In this document: positions 28,876 to 38,651 of the stretch, in pieces
Layout of the letters: each line of letters begins with the position of its first letter
How positions within the stretch are numbered: position 1 is the first letter of the stretch
DNA from: a virus
Lineage: Duplodnaviria; Caudoviricetes
DNA: 64,000 bases
IMG/VR virus record: IMGVR_UViG_3300030330_003356
Location: 20,988 to 84,987 of that record
Direction: 5' to 3' (one strand)
The notes under the pieces: model-generated
What the model was told of the DNA's origin: nothing
Databases searched by the model: none
The model's input: the letters and a program-made list of their open reading frames with translations, nothing else
Position numbers and translations under genes: made by a program

Positions 28876-30341
28876 CAACAGATCTTGTAATCTCTAAATC
28901 TAACGAAGTATTTCTAAAAATCAATACTGAACCTCATATTGAATATGAGTTAAGAGATCATTTCAAATTTGAAGTCCCAAATGCCAAGTTCATGCCACAG
29001 TATCGTGGTAGAAATTGGAATGGAGAAATTCATTTATATGACATGCGTTCCAAGCAGATCTATGTTGGACTTCTGGATAAGATTGTAAGTTTTTGTAAGA
29101 ACTACGGATATTCTTATTCGTTTGAAAATAATAAATTCTACGGACAACCCTTTGAAGTAAATGATGAGATATCATTTGAGGGTGTCAAGGGATTTATGAA
29201 ATCTATTTGTACTCATACTCCACGTCAATACCAAATTGAGGGAGTATACGATGCTTTAAAGCATAATAGAAAGCTATTGATAAGCCCCACTGGGAGCGGC
29301 AAATCTCTAATGATTTATTCATTAGTGAGATATTATGTAGACAAAGGACAAAAAATTCTTCTTGTCGTTCCAACGACATCTCTTGTAGAGCAGATGTACA
29401 AGGATTTTGAGGATTACGGTTGGGACGCTGAGACATATTGTCATAAGATTTACAGCGGTAAAGAGAAGGACACAACTTGTCCTGTGACAATTACCACCTG
29501 GCAATCTATCTATAAGTTAGAAAGATCTTGGTTTGAAGAATATAATGTTGTAATTGGTGACGAGGCACATCTCTTCAAGAGTAAGTCTCTGATATCAATC
29601 ATGACTAAACTTCATCATGCTAAGTATAGATTTGGGTTTACAGGTACTTTAGACGGCACACAGACGCATAAATGGGTGCTTGAGGGAGTCTTTGGCCCTT
29701 CATATAAGGTGACAAGAACTGATGAATTGATGAAGCAAGGACATCTCTCTGAGTTAGATATTCAGTGCCTTGTTCTTAAACATGATCCACAAAAGTTTGA
29801 AACATATAATGATGAGATTGAATATCTAATCTCTCATGAACAAAGAAATAAATTTATTACCAATCTAACGTTAGATCTTAAAGGAAATACCCTTGTGCTT
29901 TTTGCAAGAGTCGAAGCACATGGAGAGATACTCTACAATCAGATAAATAAAAACAAGCGTGACAACCGTAAGGTATTTTTTGTACATGGTGGTGTAGACG
30001 CTGAAGAAAGGGAGGTAGTTCGAGAAATCACAGAAAGAGAAAACAATGCTATCATCGTTGCCTCTTATGGAACTTTTTCTACAGGTATCAATATTAAAAA
30101 CCTCCATAATGTTATCTTTGCCTCTCCAAGTAAGTCCAGAGTCAGAAATCTTCAGAGTATTGGACGAGTTCTTAGAAAAGGAAAAGACAAAGTAAAAGCA
30201 ACTCTGTATGATATTGCAGATGATTGTTCTACTAAAACAAGAAAGAATTATACGTTAAACCATCTCATTGAAAGAATTAAAATCTATAACGAAGAGAACT
30301 TTAACTATGATATCATAACCATTCATTTAAAGAAAGCATGA
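28869..30341 (+). CDS. uvsW: SF2 helicase UvsW (GTG start)
   Basis: LISPTGSGKS, VIGDEAHLF, GFTGTL, ASYGTFSTGINI, LQSIGRVLR. Confidence 0.95.
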   Translation: MNTTDLVISKSNEVFLKINTEPHIEYELRDHFKFEVPNAKFMPQYRGRNWNGEIHLYDMRSKQIYVGLLDKIVSFCKNYGYSYSFENNKFYGQPFEVNDEISFEGVKGFMKSICTHTPRQYQIEGVYDALKHNRKLLISPTGSGKSLMIYSLVRYYVDKGQKILLVVPTTSLVEQMYKDFEDYGWDAETYCHKIYSGKEKDTTCPVTITTWQSIYKLERSWFEEYNVVIGDEAHLFKSKSLISIMTKLHHAKYRFGFTGTLDGTQTHKWVLEGVFGPSYKVTRTDELMKQGHLSELDIQCLVLKHDPQKFETYNDEIEYLISHEQRNKFITNLTLDLKGNTLVLFARVEAHGEILYNQINKNKRDNRKVFFVHGGVDAEEREVVREITERENNAIIVASYGTFSTGINIKNLHNVIFASPSKSRVRNLQSIGRVLRKGKDKVKATLYDIADDCSTKTRKNYTLNHLIERIKIYNEENFNYDIITIHLKKA

Positions 30342-30760
30342 TAGAAGATGATTTCTACGCAACAATTAAACTAAAGTCTGGTGAAGAAATCTTTGCCAAA
30401 GTAGCTGCTGAAGAAGAACCTGATAGAACTATTCTTGTAGTTTCTAATCCTGTTATTATTAAAGAAGTAAAAGGTAGAGTAGGAATAATTGGTTACAAGG
30501 TAGAACCTTGGTTAAAAACTACTACTGATGATATGTTCTTCATTAATTTAAATGATGTATTAACAATGTCTGAATCATGTGATATTGAAATGATACTCAT
30601 GCATCAAGAATATGTAAGAAAAGCAGATAGTGATCCTACATCTGGTTCTAGTAATCATAAACTTGATAAGAAGATGGGATATCTTGCTAATGTAAATGAT
30701 GCAAGAGAGATACTAGAAAAACTCTATAATAGTCCTTCTAATAAAGATATTAGTAATTAA
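30338..30760 (+). CDS. Conserved hypothetical protein downstream of uvsW
   Basis: FYATIKLKSGEEIFAKV...KVEPWLK; usual position in T4-like cyanophages. Confidence 0.7.
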   Translation: MIEDDFYATIKLKSGEEIFAKVAAEEEPDRTILVVSNPVIIKEVKGRVGIIGYKVEPWLKTTTDDMFFINLNDVLTMSESCDIEMILMHQEYVRKADSDPTSGSSNHKLDKKMGYLANVNDAREILEKLYNSPSNKDISN

Positions 30761-30814
30761 GCTATAGCTGTCTCTTCAAACCCAACAAAGGTAGTCTACA
30801 CAAGGTTTAGAGAC

Positions 30815-30843
30815 TTGTCAAGTATATGTCTTAGTGGTATACT
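30815..30843 (+). promoter_or_regulatory. Sigma70-type (early) promoter for gp55
   Basis: TTGTCA-N17-TATACT. Confidence 0.75.
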
Positions 30844-30868
30844 TTATACATAATGATGAGATATAGTT

Positions 30869-31363
30869 ATGATACAACCAGGCATGACTAAGAGAAAAAG
30901 ATCCGAACATTATGTAAATAATAAGGAGTTCCTTGCTGCTCTGATTGCATATCGTGAAGAAAGAGAAATTGCAGAAGCAAAAGGACTTCCAAGGCCTATT
31001 ATTCCCAGGTACATTGGGGAGTGCTTCCTTAAGATCGCAACTCACTTATCATTCAAACCAAACTTCGTGAACTACATGTTCAAGGATGATATGGTTTCTG
31101 ATGGTATTGAAAACTGTGTGCAGTACATCCACAATTTCAATCCTGAGAAGTCTCAGAATCCTTTTGCATATTTCACACAAATTATTCATTACGCTTTCTT
31201 GAGACGAATTCAAAGAGAGAAGCGTCAACTAGAAATCAAGAACAAAATTCTGGAGAAGTCCGGGTACAGTGAGGTGTTTGACGACAACAACACCCTTGAC
31301 GGATCGAACTACAGTGACTATAATTCCATCAAGGATGCAGTCCACTCTAAACTTCGTTATTGA
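30869..31363 (+). CDS. gp55: Late-transcription sigma factor gp55
   Basis: HYVNNKEFL, YIGECFLKIATHLS, DMVSDGIENC, NPFAYFTQIIHYAFLRRI. Confidence 0.95.
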   Translation: MIQPGMTKRKRSEHYVNNKEFLAALIAYREEREIAEAKGLPRPIIPRYIGECFLKIATHLSFKPNFVNYMFKDDMVSDGIENCVQYIHNFNPEKSQNPFAYFTQIIHYAFLRRIQREKRQLEIKNKILEKSGYSEVFDDNNTLDGSNYSDYNSIKDAVHSKLRY

Positions 31364-32403
31364 TGAAAGTTGCAATTATCACGGATCAACACTTTGGTGC
31401 CCGTAAGAATTCTAAACTCTTTCACAATTATTTTCTTAAATTCTATAACGATATCTTTTTTCCATATCTAGAAGAACATGGTATTACCACTGTTGTAGAT
31501 ATGGGAGATACCTTTGATAATCGCACAGGTATTAACTTTGGTTCTCTTGCGTGGGCAAAAGATAATTATTATGATCGCTTAGGTGTTATGGGCGTTCATG
31601 TTCATACGATTGTCGGTAATCACACTGCATATTACAAAAATACAAATGAAGTGAACGCAGTTGATCTGTTACTTCGTGAGTATCATAATGTTTCAGTGTA
31701 TTCTTCACCTGAAGAAGTAATGCTGGATAATTTAAAAGTTCTCTTTATACCATGGATCAATGAAGAAAATTCTAAAAGTACTTTCTTATCTATTGAAAAT
31801 ACAGATAGCACATGCGCGATGGGGCACCTTGAATTACGCGGATTTAGAGCTCATCGCGGATGCGTCATGGAGCATGGTTTTGAGAGCGACTTATTTAAGA
31901 AGTTCACCAAGGTGTTCTCGGGACACTACCACACTCGATCAGATGATCAAAAGATCTTCTATCTAGGCAACCCCTATGAGATGTTCTGGAATGATGTTGG
32001 AGACACCAGAGGATTTACTATTTTTGATACTGAAACTCTAGAGCACACACATGTAAACAATCCATATCGGATGTTCTATAACATCTATTATGAAGATACT
32101 GATTATCAAACTTTTGATGCCAGAGAATATGAGAACAAGATCGTAAAAGTTATTGTTCGTAAAAAATCAAACAGTAAGAAGTTTGAGAAGTTTGTTGATA
32201 AGTTGTATTCTGTTGGTGTTGCTGATCTCAAGACTGTAGAAAACTTTGAAGTTGGTGATCCTGAAGAGTTTGAAGCTTTTGAATCTGAAGACACACTTTC
32301 TATTTTGAATAGATATATCCAAGAAGCAGAAATCAATCTTGATAAGTCTGTTCTGCAGGATATTATGAGAACAACATATCAGGAGGCGTGTGAGTTAATT
32401 TAA
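31360..32403 (+). CDS. gp47: Recombination nuclease gp47 (Mre11/SbcD-like)
   Basis: Phosphoesterase motifs ITDQHFG, MGDTFD, VGNH, GHLE, SGHYH. Confidence 0.94.
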   Translation: MMKVAIITDQHFGARKNSKLFHNYFLKFYNDIFFPYLEEHGITTVVDMGDTFDNRTGINFGSLAWAKDNYYDRLGVMGVHVHTIVGNHTAYYKNTNEVNAVDLLLREYHNVSVYSSPEEVMLDNLKVLFIPWINEENSKSTFLSIENTDSTCAMGHLELRGFRAHRGCVMEHGFESDLFKKFTKVFSGHYHTRSDDQKIFYLGNPYEMFWNDVGDTRGFTIFDTETLEHTHVNNPYRMFYNIYYEDTDYQTFDAREYENKIVKVIVRKKSNSKKFEKFVDKLYSVGVADLKTVENFEVGDPEEFEAFESEDTLSILNRYIQEAEINLDKSVLQDIMRTTYQEACELI

Positions 32404-32681
32404 TGTTTATTCTAACTGTAGAGGGAAAGGAAGATAAGGGAGCGTATTCCGTAGTAAATGAAACGGGAGATAAGATTTTGTATCTCTTTGAAGAAGAGGA
32501 TGACGCTACTCGATATGCTATGCAGTTAGAAGATGAGCATGGATATCCTGAAATGAATATTATCGAAGTAGAAGACGATATAATGCTTAAGACATGCCAC
32601 ATTCATGAGTGTGAGTATGCTATAATTTCTAAGAACGACATCGTAGTGCCGCCAGAGACTGAAGAGTATGATTTTATTTGA
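32403..32681 (+). CDS. Hypothetical protein, DUF3110-like
   Basis: GAYSV...LYLFEEEDDATRYAMQLE resembles the cyanobacterial DUF3110 pattern (from memory). Confidence 0.55.
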   Translation: MFILTVEGKEDKGAYSVVNETGDKILYLFEEEDDATRYAMQLEDEHGYPEMNIIEVEDDIMLKTCHIHECEYAIISKNDIVVPPETEEYDFI

Positions 32682-34377
32682 AAAAATTCGTTGGAAGAAC
32701 TTTCTTTCTACGGGTAATCATTGTACTGAAGTCGAATTAAACAAGAATGGCAACACAATGATTATCGGCACCAATGGTGCTGGTAAGTCTACTATTCTTG
32801 ATGCCCTTACATTCTCTCTTTTTGGTAAGGCATTTCGTAAAATCAACAAACCACAACTGATCAACACAACTAACGAGAAAGATTGTGTTGTAGAAGTTGA
32901 GTTTTCTATTAGTAATATTTCTTGGAAAGTCGTCCGTGGCATTAAACCTGCCATTTTCAAGATTTATCGTAATGGTGAAGAACTGAATCAAGACGCTGCA
33001 GCACTAGATCAGCAGAAATGGCTGGAGCAGAACGTCTTGAAGATGAATTATAAGTCTTTTACACAGATTGTTATCCTTGGAAGCAGCACATTTGTGCCCT
33101 TTATGCAGCTTTCAGCAGCAAATCGACGTGATGTTATCGAAGATTTGCTCGATATCAAGATTTTTTCGTCCATGAATACAGTAATTAAGAGCAAAATTAG
33201 TGCTCTTAAGGACGAAGTTAAGACTCTGACACTCAAAAAAGAGTCTCTGAGTGACAAAGTTGACATGCAAAGTCGCTTTATCGACGAGTTGGAGTCCCAA
33301 GGTAAGGAAAATATTGCCAAAAAGAAGGAAAAAGTCTCTGAACAGACAAAACTGATCAGTCTTTACAATAAAGAGGTGTCTTTGAACCAAGAAAAGGTGC
33401 AAAAACAACTTGTAGAGCAAGAAAAAGTGACTGGAGCTACCGAAAAACTCCGCAAAATGAGTGGGTTGAGGGGGAAAATCACTCAAAAAGCGTCTACGAT
33501 CATGAAAGATCATAAGTTTTTTAACGAAAATACGGTTTGTCCCACCTGTACGCAGTCGATTGATGAGGATTTCCGCATAAATAAGATTAACGACGCTCAA
33601 AATGTAGCGAAAGAGTTGCAATCTGGTTTGCAAGAACTGGATGAGGCAATTAATGAAGAACAGGAGCGAGAGCGTCAATTTCTTGCCCTATCGAAGGAGA
33701 TTTCTAAACTACAGAATGAGATTTCTCAAGACAATGTTCGGATTTCTGGATGTCAGCGACAAATCAGAAGTCTGGAATCGGAAGTTCAAGAGCTTACCGA
33801 GCAACTTGCAAACCGAAATACTGAACATGAGAAGCTAGAAACCTTCAAAGACAACTTAAGAACCACATTTGACGATTTAGCGTCGAGAAAGGACACGATC
33901 AACTACTACGATTTTTCGTATAGTCTACTTAAAGACGGTGGAGTCAAGACAAAGATCATCAAGAAGTATTTGCCGCTGATTAATCAGCAAGTGAACCGTT
34001 ATCTGCAGATGATGGACTTCTATATTAACTTTACTCTCGATGAAGAGTTTAACGAAACCGTCCAGTCCCCGATACATGAGGACTTTTCCTATTCTTCTTT
34101 CAGCGAGGGAGAGAAGATGAGAATCGACTTAGCACTTTTGTTTACCTGGAGAGAAGTAGCAAGGATGAAAAACTCTGTCAACACTAACTTACTCATCATG
34201 GATGAAGTGTTTGACAGTTCTCTCGATGGATTTGGAACAGATGAGTTCCTTAAGATTATTAGATTTGTTATCAAGGATGCAAATATCTTTGTTATCTCTC
34301 ACAAAGAGTCTTTGTTTGACAAATTCGAGAATGTAATTAAGTTTGAGAAAGTTAAAGGATTCTCAAGAATTGTGTAA
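32668..34377 (+). CDS. gp46: Recombination ATPase gp46 (Rad50/SbcC-like)
   Basis: Walker A GTNGAGKST, Zn-hook CPTC, signature FSEGE, Walker B IMDEVFD, ISH. Confidence 0.95.
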   Translation: MILFEKIRWKNFLSTGNHCTEVELNKNGNTMIIGTNGAGKSTILDALTFSLFGKAFRKINKPQLINTTNEKDCVVEVEFSISNISWKVVRGIKPAIFKIYRNGEELNQDAAALDQQKWLEQNVLKMNYKSFTQIVILGSSTFVPFMQLSAANRRDVIEDLLDIKIFSSMNTVIKSKISALKDEVKTLTLKKESLSDKVDMQSRFIDELESQGKENIAKKKEKVSEQTKLISLYNKEVSLNQEKVQKQLVEQEKVTGATEKLRKMSGLRGKITQKASTIMKDHKFFNENTVCPTCTQSIDEDFRINKINDAQNVAKELQSGLQELDEAINEEQERERQFLALSKEISKLQNEISQDNVRISGCQRQIRSLESEVQELTEQLANRNTEHEKLETFKDNLRTTFDDLASRKDTINYYDFSYSLLKDGGVKTKIIKKYLPLINQQVNRYLQMMDFYINFTLDEEFNETVQSPIHEDFSYSSFSEGEKMRIDLALLFTWREVARMKNSVNTNLLIMDEVFDSSLDGFGTDEFLKIIRFVIKDANIFVISHKESLFDKFENVIKFEKVKGFSRIV

Positions 34378-34491
34378 TTTAACTAAAACTTCATTAAGTT
34401 AGCATACGATGACTAGATAGTATAGAATTGGAGATAAGGTTATGAATTGAAATTTAATTCTATATTATTTGATATTGTAATAGGTAAAATT

Positions 34492-34674
34492 ATGCACAAT
34501 CTAATTTCACATAATCAGTTAGCGGGTTGGAAGCAAAGTATTGAACGTTTGACTCACACATTAGATCGTACACTAGAAGAATCTGATCTAATAAACGATT
34601 ACTACGACTGTCTAATTGAATGTGATGGAGATCAGGCGACATGTAAACGAGTTTGTAGGAGCATTCTTTCATAA
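34492..34674 (+). CDS. 60-aa protein with twin CX3C motif
   Basis: MHNLISHNQLAGW...DYYDCLIECDGDQATCKRVC; ATG 34492 with AGGT upstream is preferred over the track TTG start at 34447. Confidence 0.7.
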   Translation: MHNLISHNQLAGWKQSIERLTHTLDRTLEESDLINDYYDCLIECDGDQATCKRVCRSILS

Positions 34675-34708
34675 CCAACTGTAGACACATAGGAAACTGT
34701 CACTGAGG

Positions 34709-34740
34709 GCCCTCACCGAAAGGTGGGGGTTTAGTATTAT
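34709..34740 (+). promoter_or_regulatory. GAAA-tetraloop hairpin (terminator-like) abutting a -10-like TATTAT
   Basis: GCCCTCACC-GAAA-GGTGGGGGT then TTAGTATTAT, about 22 nt before the vWA gene start. Confidence 0.55.
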
Positions 34741-34762
34741 ATGGGCATCAAAGGGAGATCAC

Positions 34763-36850
34763 ATGCCAGTTCAACAGGAAATCAAGTCTCAACTTGCTAA
34801 ACTCCTTGCCACTGAAGATTTGGTGGTTGAGCACCGTAAAGTTGCCACTGCTCAGTTTGATGTTCATAAGCGTGTGTTGACACTTCCGATGTGGGAGAGT
34901 GCAAGCAATACTGTCTACGATCTTCTTGTAGGACATGAAGTCGGACATGCTCTCTTCACTCCTGACGAAGATCCACCGAAAGGTGTTCCTCACTCATTCA
35001 TTAACATTGTTGAGGATGCTCGCATTGAGAAGTTGATGAAGCGTAAGTATCCTGGAATGAGTAAGACATTCTACAAAGGATATAGTGAGATGAATGATGA
35101 TGATTTCTTCTCAATCATTGATGAAGATCTCAGTGCAATGAATCTTGCTGATCGAGTAAACCTTTATTTCAAGATTGGCAACTTCGTTGATATTGAGTTC
35201 AATGAAGAGGAGATGAATATTATTCGTCTGATTGCAGATTGTGAGACTTTTGAAGATGTTGGTGAAGCAGCAAAAGTTCTCTACAAATATTGTAAGAAAG
35301 AAGTTGAGAATGAAACTCAAAATATCGATGCCTCACAATCTGAGCAGCAATCGCAAGAAGAGCAGGAAGAACAGAGTTCTGAGTCTAAACCAGACGGTAT
35401 GATGGAGGAAACCTCTGAAGAGGGTACAAATACTGACGATAGTATTGAAGAACCAGAGGTTCAAACTGCTGATGCATTGTCTGAAGCAATTGATCAGTTG
35501 GCTCAAAACTCTGATGGTATTGAGAACGTTTATGTTGAGATTCCGAAAGTAAATCTAGATACGATTATCGTCAGTAACGATATGGTTCATCAATACGTTG
35601 ATCATATCTTTGATCGTCAAGAACGTGCTGGACTTGAAATGGATATGAAAATCTTTGAGGAGTGTGATAAAGAATACATTCAGTTCAAGCGCACGGCGCA
35701 GAAAGAAGTCAACTACCTGGTGAAAGAGTTTGAATGCAAGAAAGCTGCAGACTCGTATGCTCGTGCCACAACATCTCGCACTGGTGTTCTTGATTGCACT
35801 AAACTTCACACCTACAAGTACAATGAAGATCTTTTTCGCAAGGTAACAACTCTTGCAGACGGTAAGAACCACGGACTCGTGTTTTTGCTTGATTGGAGTG
35901 GTTCAATGCAATACACTCTTCTTGATACTTGTAAGCAGATGTTTAACCTTCTGTGGTTCTGTAAGAAAGTTGGAATTCCTTTTGACGTTTATGCTTTCAC
36001 TAATGAATGGAGTGACGGAAATGAAGAGGGTTATTATCATGAAAGTGTAGATCATTATGAGAAGAAAGAAAACCTTCTCTGTGTTCCAAATGATTTCAAC
36101 CTTCTCAACATTCTTACCAGCAAAGTATCTGCCAAAGATCTAGAGCACCAGATGATCAATATTTGGCGTCATGCTGCTGCTTTCTGCAGGATTTATCGCT
36201 GTTCTTATACTTGGGGTAGGAAGATGACTCTTTCGGGGACTCCTTTGAATGAAGCACTCGTATCTCTTCATCAGATTCTCCCTAAGTTTCAACGTGAAAA
36301 TAAACTGCAGAAAGTTCAGTGTGTGGTTCTGACTGATGGTGAAGCATGTCCTCTCAGCCGTCACAAACTGATCAAGCGTTATTGGGAGAATGATGCTGAG
36401 TTCTTGGGACATGCACGTCACGATTATTGGAAGACTATTCTTCGTGATCGTAAGACTGGTAACATGTACAGTTTTGAGAATGGAGGTTTCAATGGTTTCT
36501 CTGACGTGATGTTGAATAATCTGAAGGATAATTTTCCTACAGTAAACTTCATTGGTATTCGTTTGCTTGCACCTCGCGATGCTAATGGGTTTATCAAGTT
36601 GTATAGTGATGAACGCAACGAAATCGAGAAACTGCAGACTGAGTGGAAGAAATCAAAGTCTTTTGTAATTCGCAACTCTGGATATGATGCATATTTTGGT
36701 ATGTCTTGTGCTGCTCTCGCTCAAGATGTTGAGTTTGATGTTGATGAGGGTGCAACTAAATCTAAGATCAAGTCAGCATTCGTTAAAAGTTTGAAGACTA
36801 AGAAACTAAATAAAAAAGTATTGGGAGAGTTTATCTCTCTGGTGGCATGA
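34763..36850 (+). CDS. Metallopeptidase-like plus vWA domain protein (CobT-like partner)
   Basis: GHEVGH (HExxH) with INIVEDARIE; acidic linker; MIDAS LLDWSGSM; VVLTDGE. Confidence 0.8.
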   Translation: MPVQQEIKSQLAKLLATEDLVVEHRKVATAQFDVHKRVLTLPMWESASNTVYDLLVGHEVGHALFTPDEDPPKGVPHSFINIVEDARIEKLMKRKYPGMSKTFYKGYSEMNDDDFFSIIDEDLSAMNLADRVNLYFKIGNFVDIEFNEEEMNIIRLIADCETFEDVGEAAKVLYKYCKKEVENETQNIDASQSEQQSQEEQEEQSSESKPDGMMEETSEEGTNTDDSIEEPEVQTADALSEAIDQLAQNSDGIENVYVEIPKVNLDTIIVSNDMVHQYVDHIFDRQERAGLEMDMKIFEECDKEYIQFKRTAQKEVNYLVKEFECKKAADSYARATTSRTGVLDCTKLHTYKYNEDLFRKVTTLADGKNHGLVFLLDWSGSMQYTLLDTCKQMFNLLWFCKKVGIPFDVYAFTNEWSDGNEEGYYHESVDHYEKKENLLCVPNDFNLLNILTSKVSAKDLEHQMINIWRHAAAFCRIYRCSYTWGRKMTLSGTPLNEALVSLHQILPKFQRENKLQKVQCVVLTDGEACPLSRHKLIKRYWENDAEFLGHARHDYWKTILRDRKTGNMYSFENGGFNGFSDVMLNNLKDNFPTVNFIGIRLLAPRDANGFIKLYSDERNEIEKLQTEWKKSKSFVIRNSGYDAYFGMSCAALAQDVEFDVDEGATKSKIKSAFVKSLKTKKLNKKVLGEFISLVA

Positions 36851-36984
36851 ACTGGAAAGAAATAGCACTACAGATGGAAACCGATCCTAAGGTTCGGAAG
36901 GTTCTCCTTGAAGGGCCGCGAAGTCTTGCTCAAGCGTGGATGTTGCAAGCAATGAAGTTCAAGTATGGACGATTTGCAAAGTGA
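36847..36984 (+). CDS. 45-aa hypothetical protein, missing from the ORF track
   Basis: Hand translation MNWKEIALQMETDPKVRKVLLEGPRSLAQAWMLQAMKFKYGRFAK*; ATGA overlap with the upstream stop. Confidence 0.6.
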   Translation: MNWKEIALQMETDPKVRKVLLEGPRSLAQAWMLQAMKFKYGRFAK

Positions 36985-36990
36985 ACACCA

Positions 36991-37024
36991 GGGGGGCAGC
37001 GCCCCCCTTTTTTGTGTGTATAAT
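36991..37024 (+). terminator. Intrinsic terminator followed by a TATAAT -10 element
   Basis: GGGGGG-CAGCG-CCCCCC-T6, then GTGTG TATAAT (37019-37024). Confidence 0.75.
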
Positions 37025-37047
37025 AAGCAGGTAAACAACAAAGGCAC

Positions 37048-38124
37048 ATGGCACTCTCCAAAGAAAGCATCATCGATTGTCTCCGTGAATCCTATGGTGA
37101 GTCGGTGACTTCTGCCGAGATCAAGGCATTCTGTCAGATGAATGACTTCAACTATCAAACTATCACTAACAAACTGACTGATTTCAAAGTCGGACGTGGT
37201 AAGTGGAACCTTGAAGTAACTAAAGAAACAGTTCAAGAACTGGAAGTAACTTACAATGCTCCTGCAGCGATGCCTGCAGTTGAACAAAACCTTATTCCTC
37301 AGAAAGATGATTCCTTCGTCCGCTTTGGTAATTTCGCAGATATTAAAAAAGTTATTCAGTCCGGCGTATTCTACCCTACGTTCATCACGGGCTTGTCGGG
37401 CAATGGTAAAACGTTTTCTGTCGAGCAAGCGTGTGCCCAACTCGGACGCGAACTCATCCGTGTAAACATTACAATCGAAACCGATGAAGATGATCTTATT
37501 GGCGGTTTCCGCCTTGTTGATGGCAACACCGTCTGGCACAATGGCCCAGTCATTGAAGCACTCGAACGAGGAGCTGTTCTGCTCCTTGACGAGATCGACC
37601 TCGCTTCTAACAAAATTCTCTGTCTCCAATCTATCCTTGAGGGGAAAGGAGTTTTCCTTAAAAAAGTCGGACGATGGGTTTCTCCTGCAAGTGGATTCAA
37701 CGTCATTGCCACAGCCAACACTAAGGGTAAGGGTTCAGACGACGGACGATTCATTGGAACTAACGTGCTCAACGAAGCCTTCCTAGAGCGTTTCCCTATC
37801 ACTTTTGAACAGGAATATCCTACTGCTGCCATTGAAACCAAGATTCTGAACAAACTCTCTGATGATGCTGAGTTTTGTAAGCGTCTTGCTGATTGGGCAG
37901 ACATTATCCGTAAAACCTTCTATGATGGCGGTATCGAAGAGATCATCAGCACTCGTCGTCTGGTTCACATTATCAAGGCATACAACATCTTTGGTGACAA
38001 GGCTAAGGCGATTAGTGTCTGTGTGAATCGTTTCGATGATGAAACTAAGCAAGCATTCCTTGAACTCTATGACAAGGTTGATGTTGATTTTGAAATGCCC
38101 GTTGACGAAACCACTATCTCTTGA
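37048..38124 (+). CDS. cobS: CobS-like MoxR-family AAA+ ATPase
   Basis: Walker A GLSGNGKT, DLIGG, Walker B LLLDEID, ATAN, LNEAFLERF, STRRL. Confidence 0.88.
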   Translation: MALSKESIIDCLRESYGESVTSAEIKAFCQMNDFNYQTITNKLTDFKVGRGKWNLEVTKETVQELEVTYNAPAAMPAVEQNLIPQKDDSFVRFGNFADIKKVIQSGVFYPTFITGLSGNGKTFSVEQACAQLGRELIRVNITIETDEDDLIGGFRLVDGNTVWHNGPVIEALERGAVLLLDEIDLASNKILCLQSILEGKGVFLKKVGRWVSPASGFNVIATANTKGKGSDDGRFIGTNVLNEAFLERFPITFEQEYPTAAIETKILNKLSDDAEFCKRLADWADIIRKTFYDGGIEEIISTRRLVHIIKAYNIFGDKAKAISVCVNRFDDETKQAFLELYDKVDVDFEMPVDETTIS

Positions 38125-38130
38125 TATACT
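38102..38130 (+). promoter_or_regulatory. Sigma70-type promoter inside the cobS 3' end
   Basis: TTGACG-N17-TATACT, 5 nt before the next ATG. Confidence 0.75.
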
Positions 38131-38135
38131 AAACT

Positions 38136-38651
38136 ATGACTTCTTGGAGTTTTCTTTACGACGCTATGTCTGAACAACAAAATGAAGATGTTATTCTGTC
38201 GAGTAACATCAGTGAAGCATCGGAATCTGATTACATCGATTTCTGGGGAGGAATTGGTGCAGCAGACACAGTTCCTTTTGAACTGTATGGTGCAGGACAA
38301 GATACTATTTCCCTTGAAATTCCTGATCTTCCCGATACTCCTAAAAATGACAATGGTTTCTGGAAGTATCATGAGGATGTGATCCTCAAAGAGATTCGTG
38401 AATATCTGGGCGGAACTTATCGTTCACATTATGCTGCCCAGGACTCTAAAACTCAGACACTTGATCTGATTGAAGGTATTGGTGATGCAGAACCTTTCTG
38501 TCGTTCCAATGCTATCAAGTACCTTTCTCGCTTCGGTAAAAAGAATGGCAAGTCGAAGCAAGATATCTTGAAAGCAATTCACTATTGCATTCTTCTCTAT
38601 CACTTCGCTGGCCTTTGTAATGAAAATACGCAACCCTATGAAACTTTCTGA
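38136..38651 (+). CDS. DUF3310-like (T7 gp1.7-type nucleotide kinase-like) protein with acidic N-terminus
   Basis: HY...QTLDLIE...FCRSNAIKYLSRFGKKNG...DILKAIHY matches the DUF3310 pattern. Confidence 0.65.
   Translation: MTSWSFLYDAMSEQQNEDVILSSNISEASESDYIDFWGGIGAADTVPFELYGAGQDTISLEIPDLPDTPKNDNGFWKYHEDVILKEIREYLGGTYRSHYAAQDSKTQTLDLIEGIGDAEPFCRSNAIKYLSRFGKKNGKSKQDILKAIHYCILLYHFAGLCNENTQPYETF

Noticed and set aside
34442-34480. Stop-codon readthrough or selenocysteine at the TGA of the mini-ORF
   Set aside because: Readthrough reaches TAA after 12 codons and is out of frame with the 34492 gene; no SECIS-like hairpin follows.
34492-34674. CP12 call for the small Cys-rich protein
   Set aside because: CP12 ends in a C-x8-C motif (FCxxNPxAxEC); this protein has twin CX3C and no AWD-VEEL-like core.
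37048-38124. cobS as evidence of a cobalamin pathway
   Set aside because: No cobN or other cob genes in the window; motifs support only a generic MoxR AAA+ ATPase.
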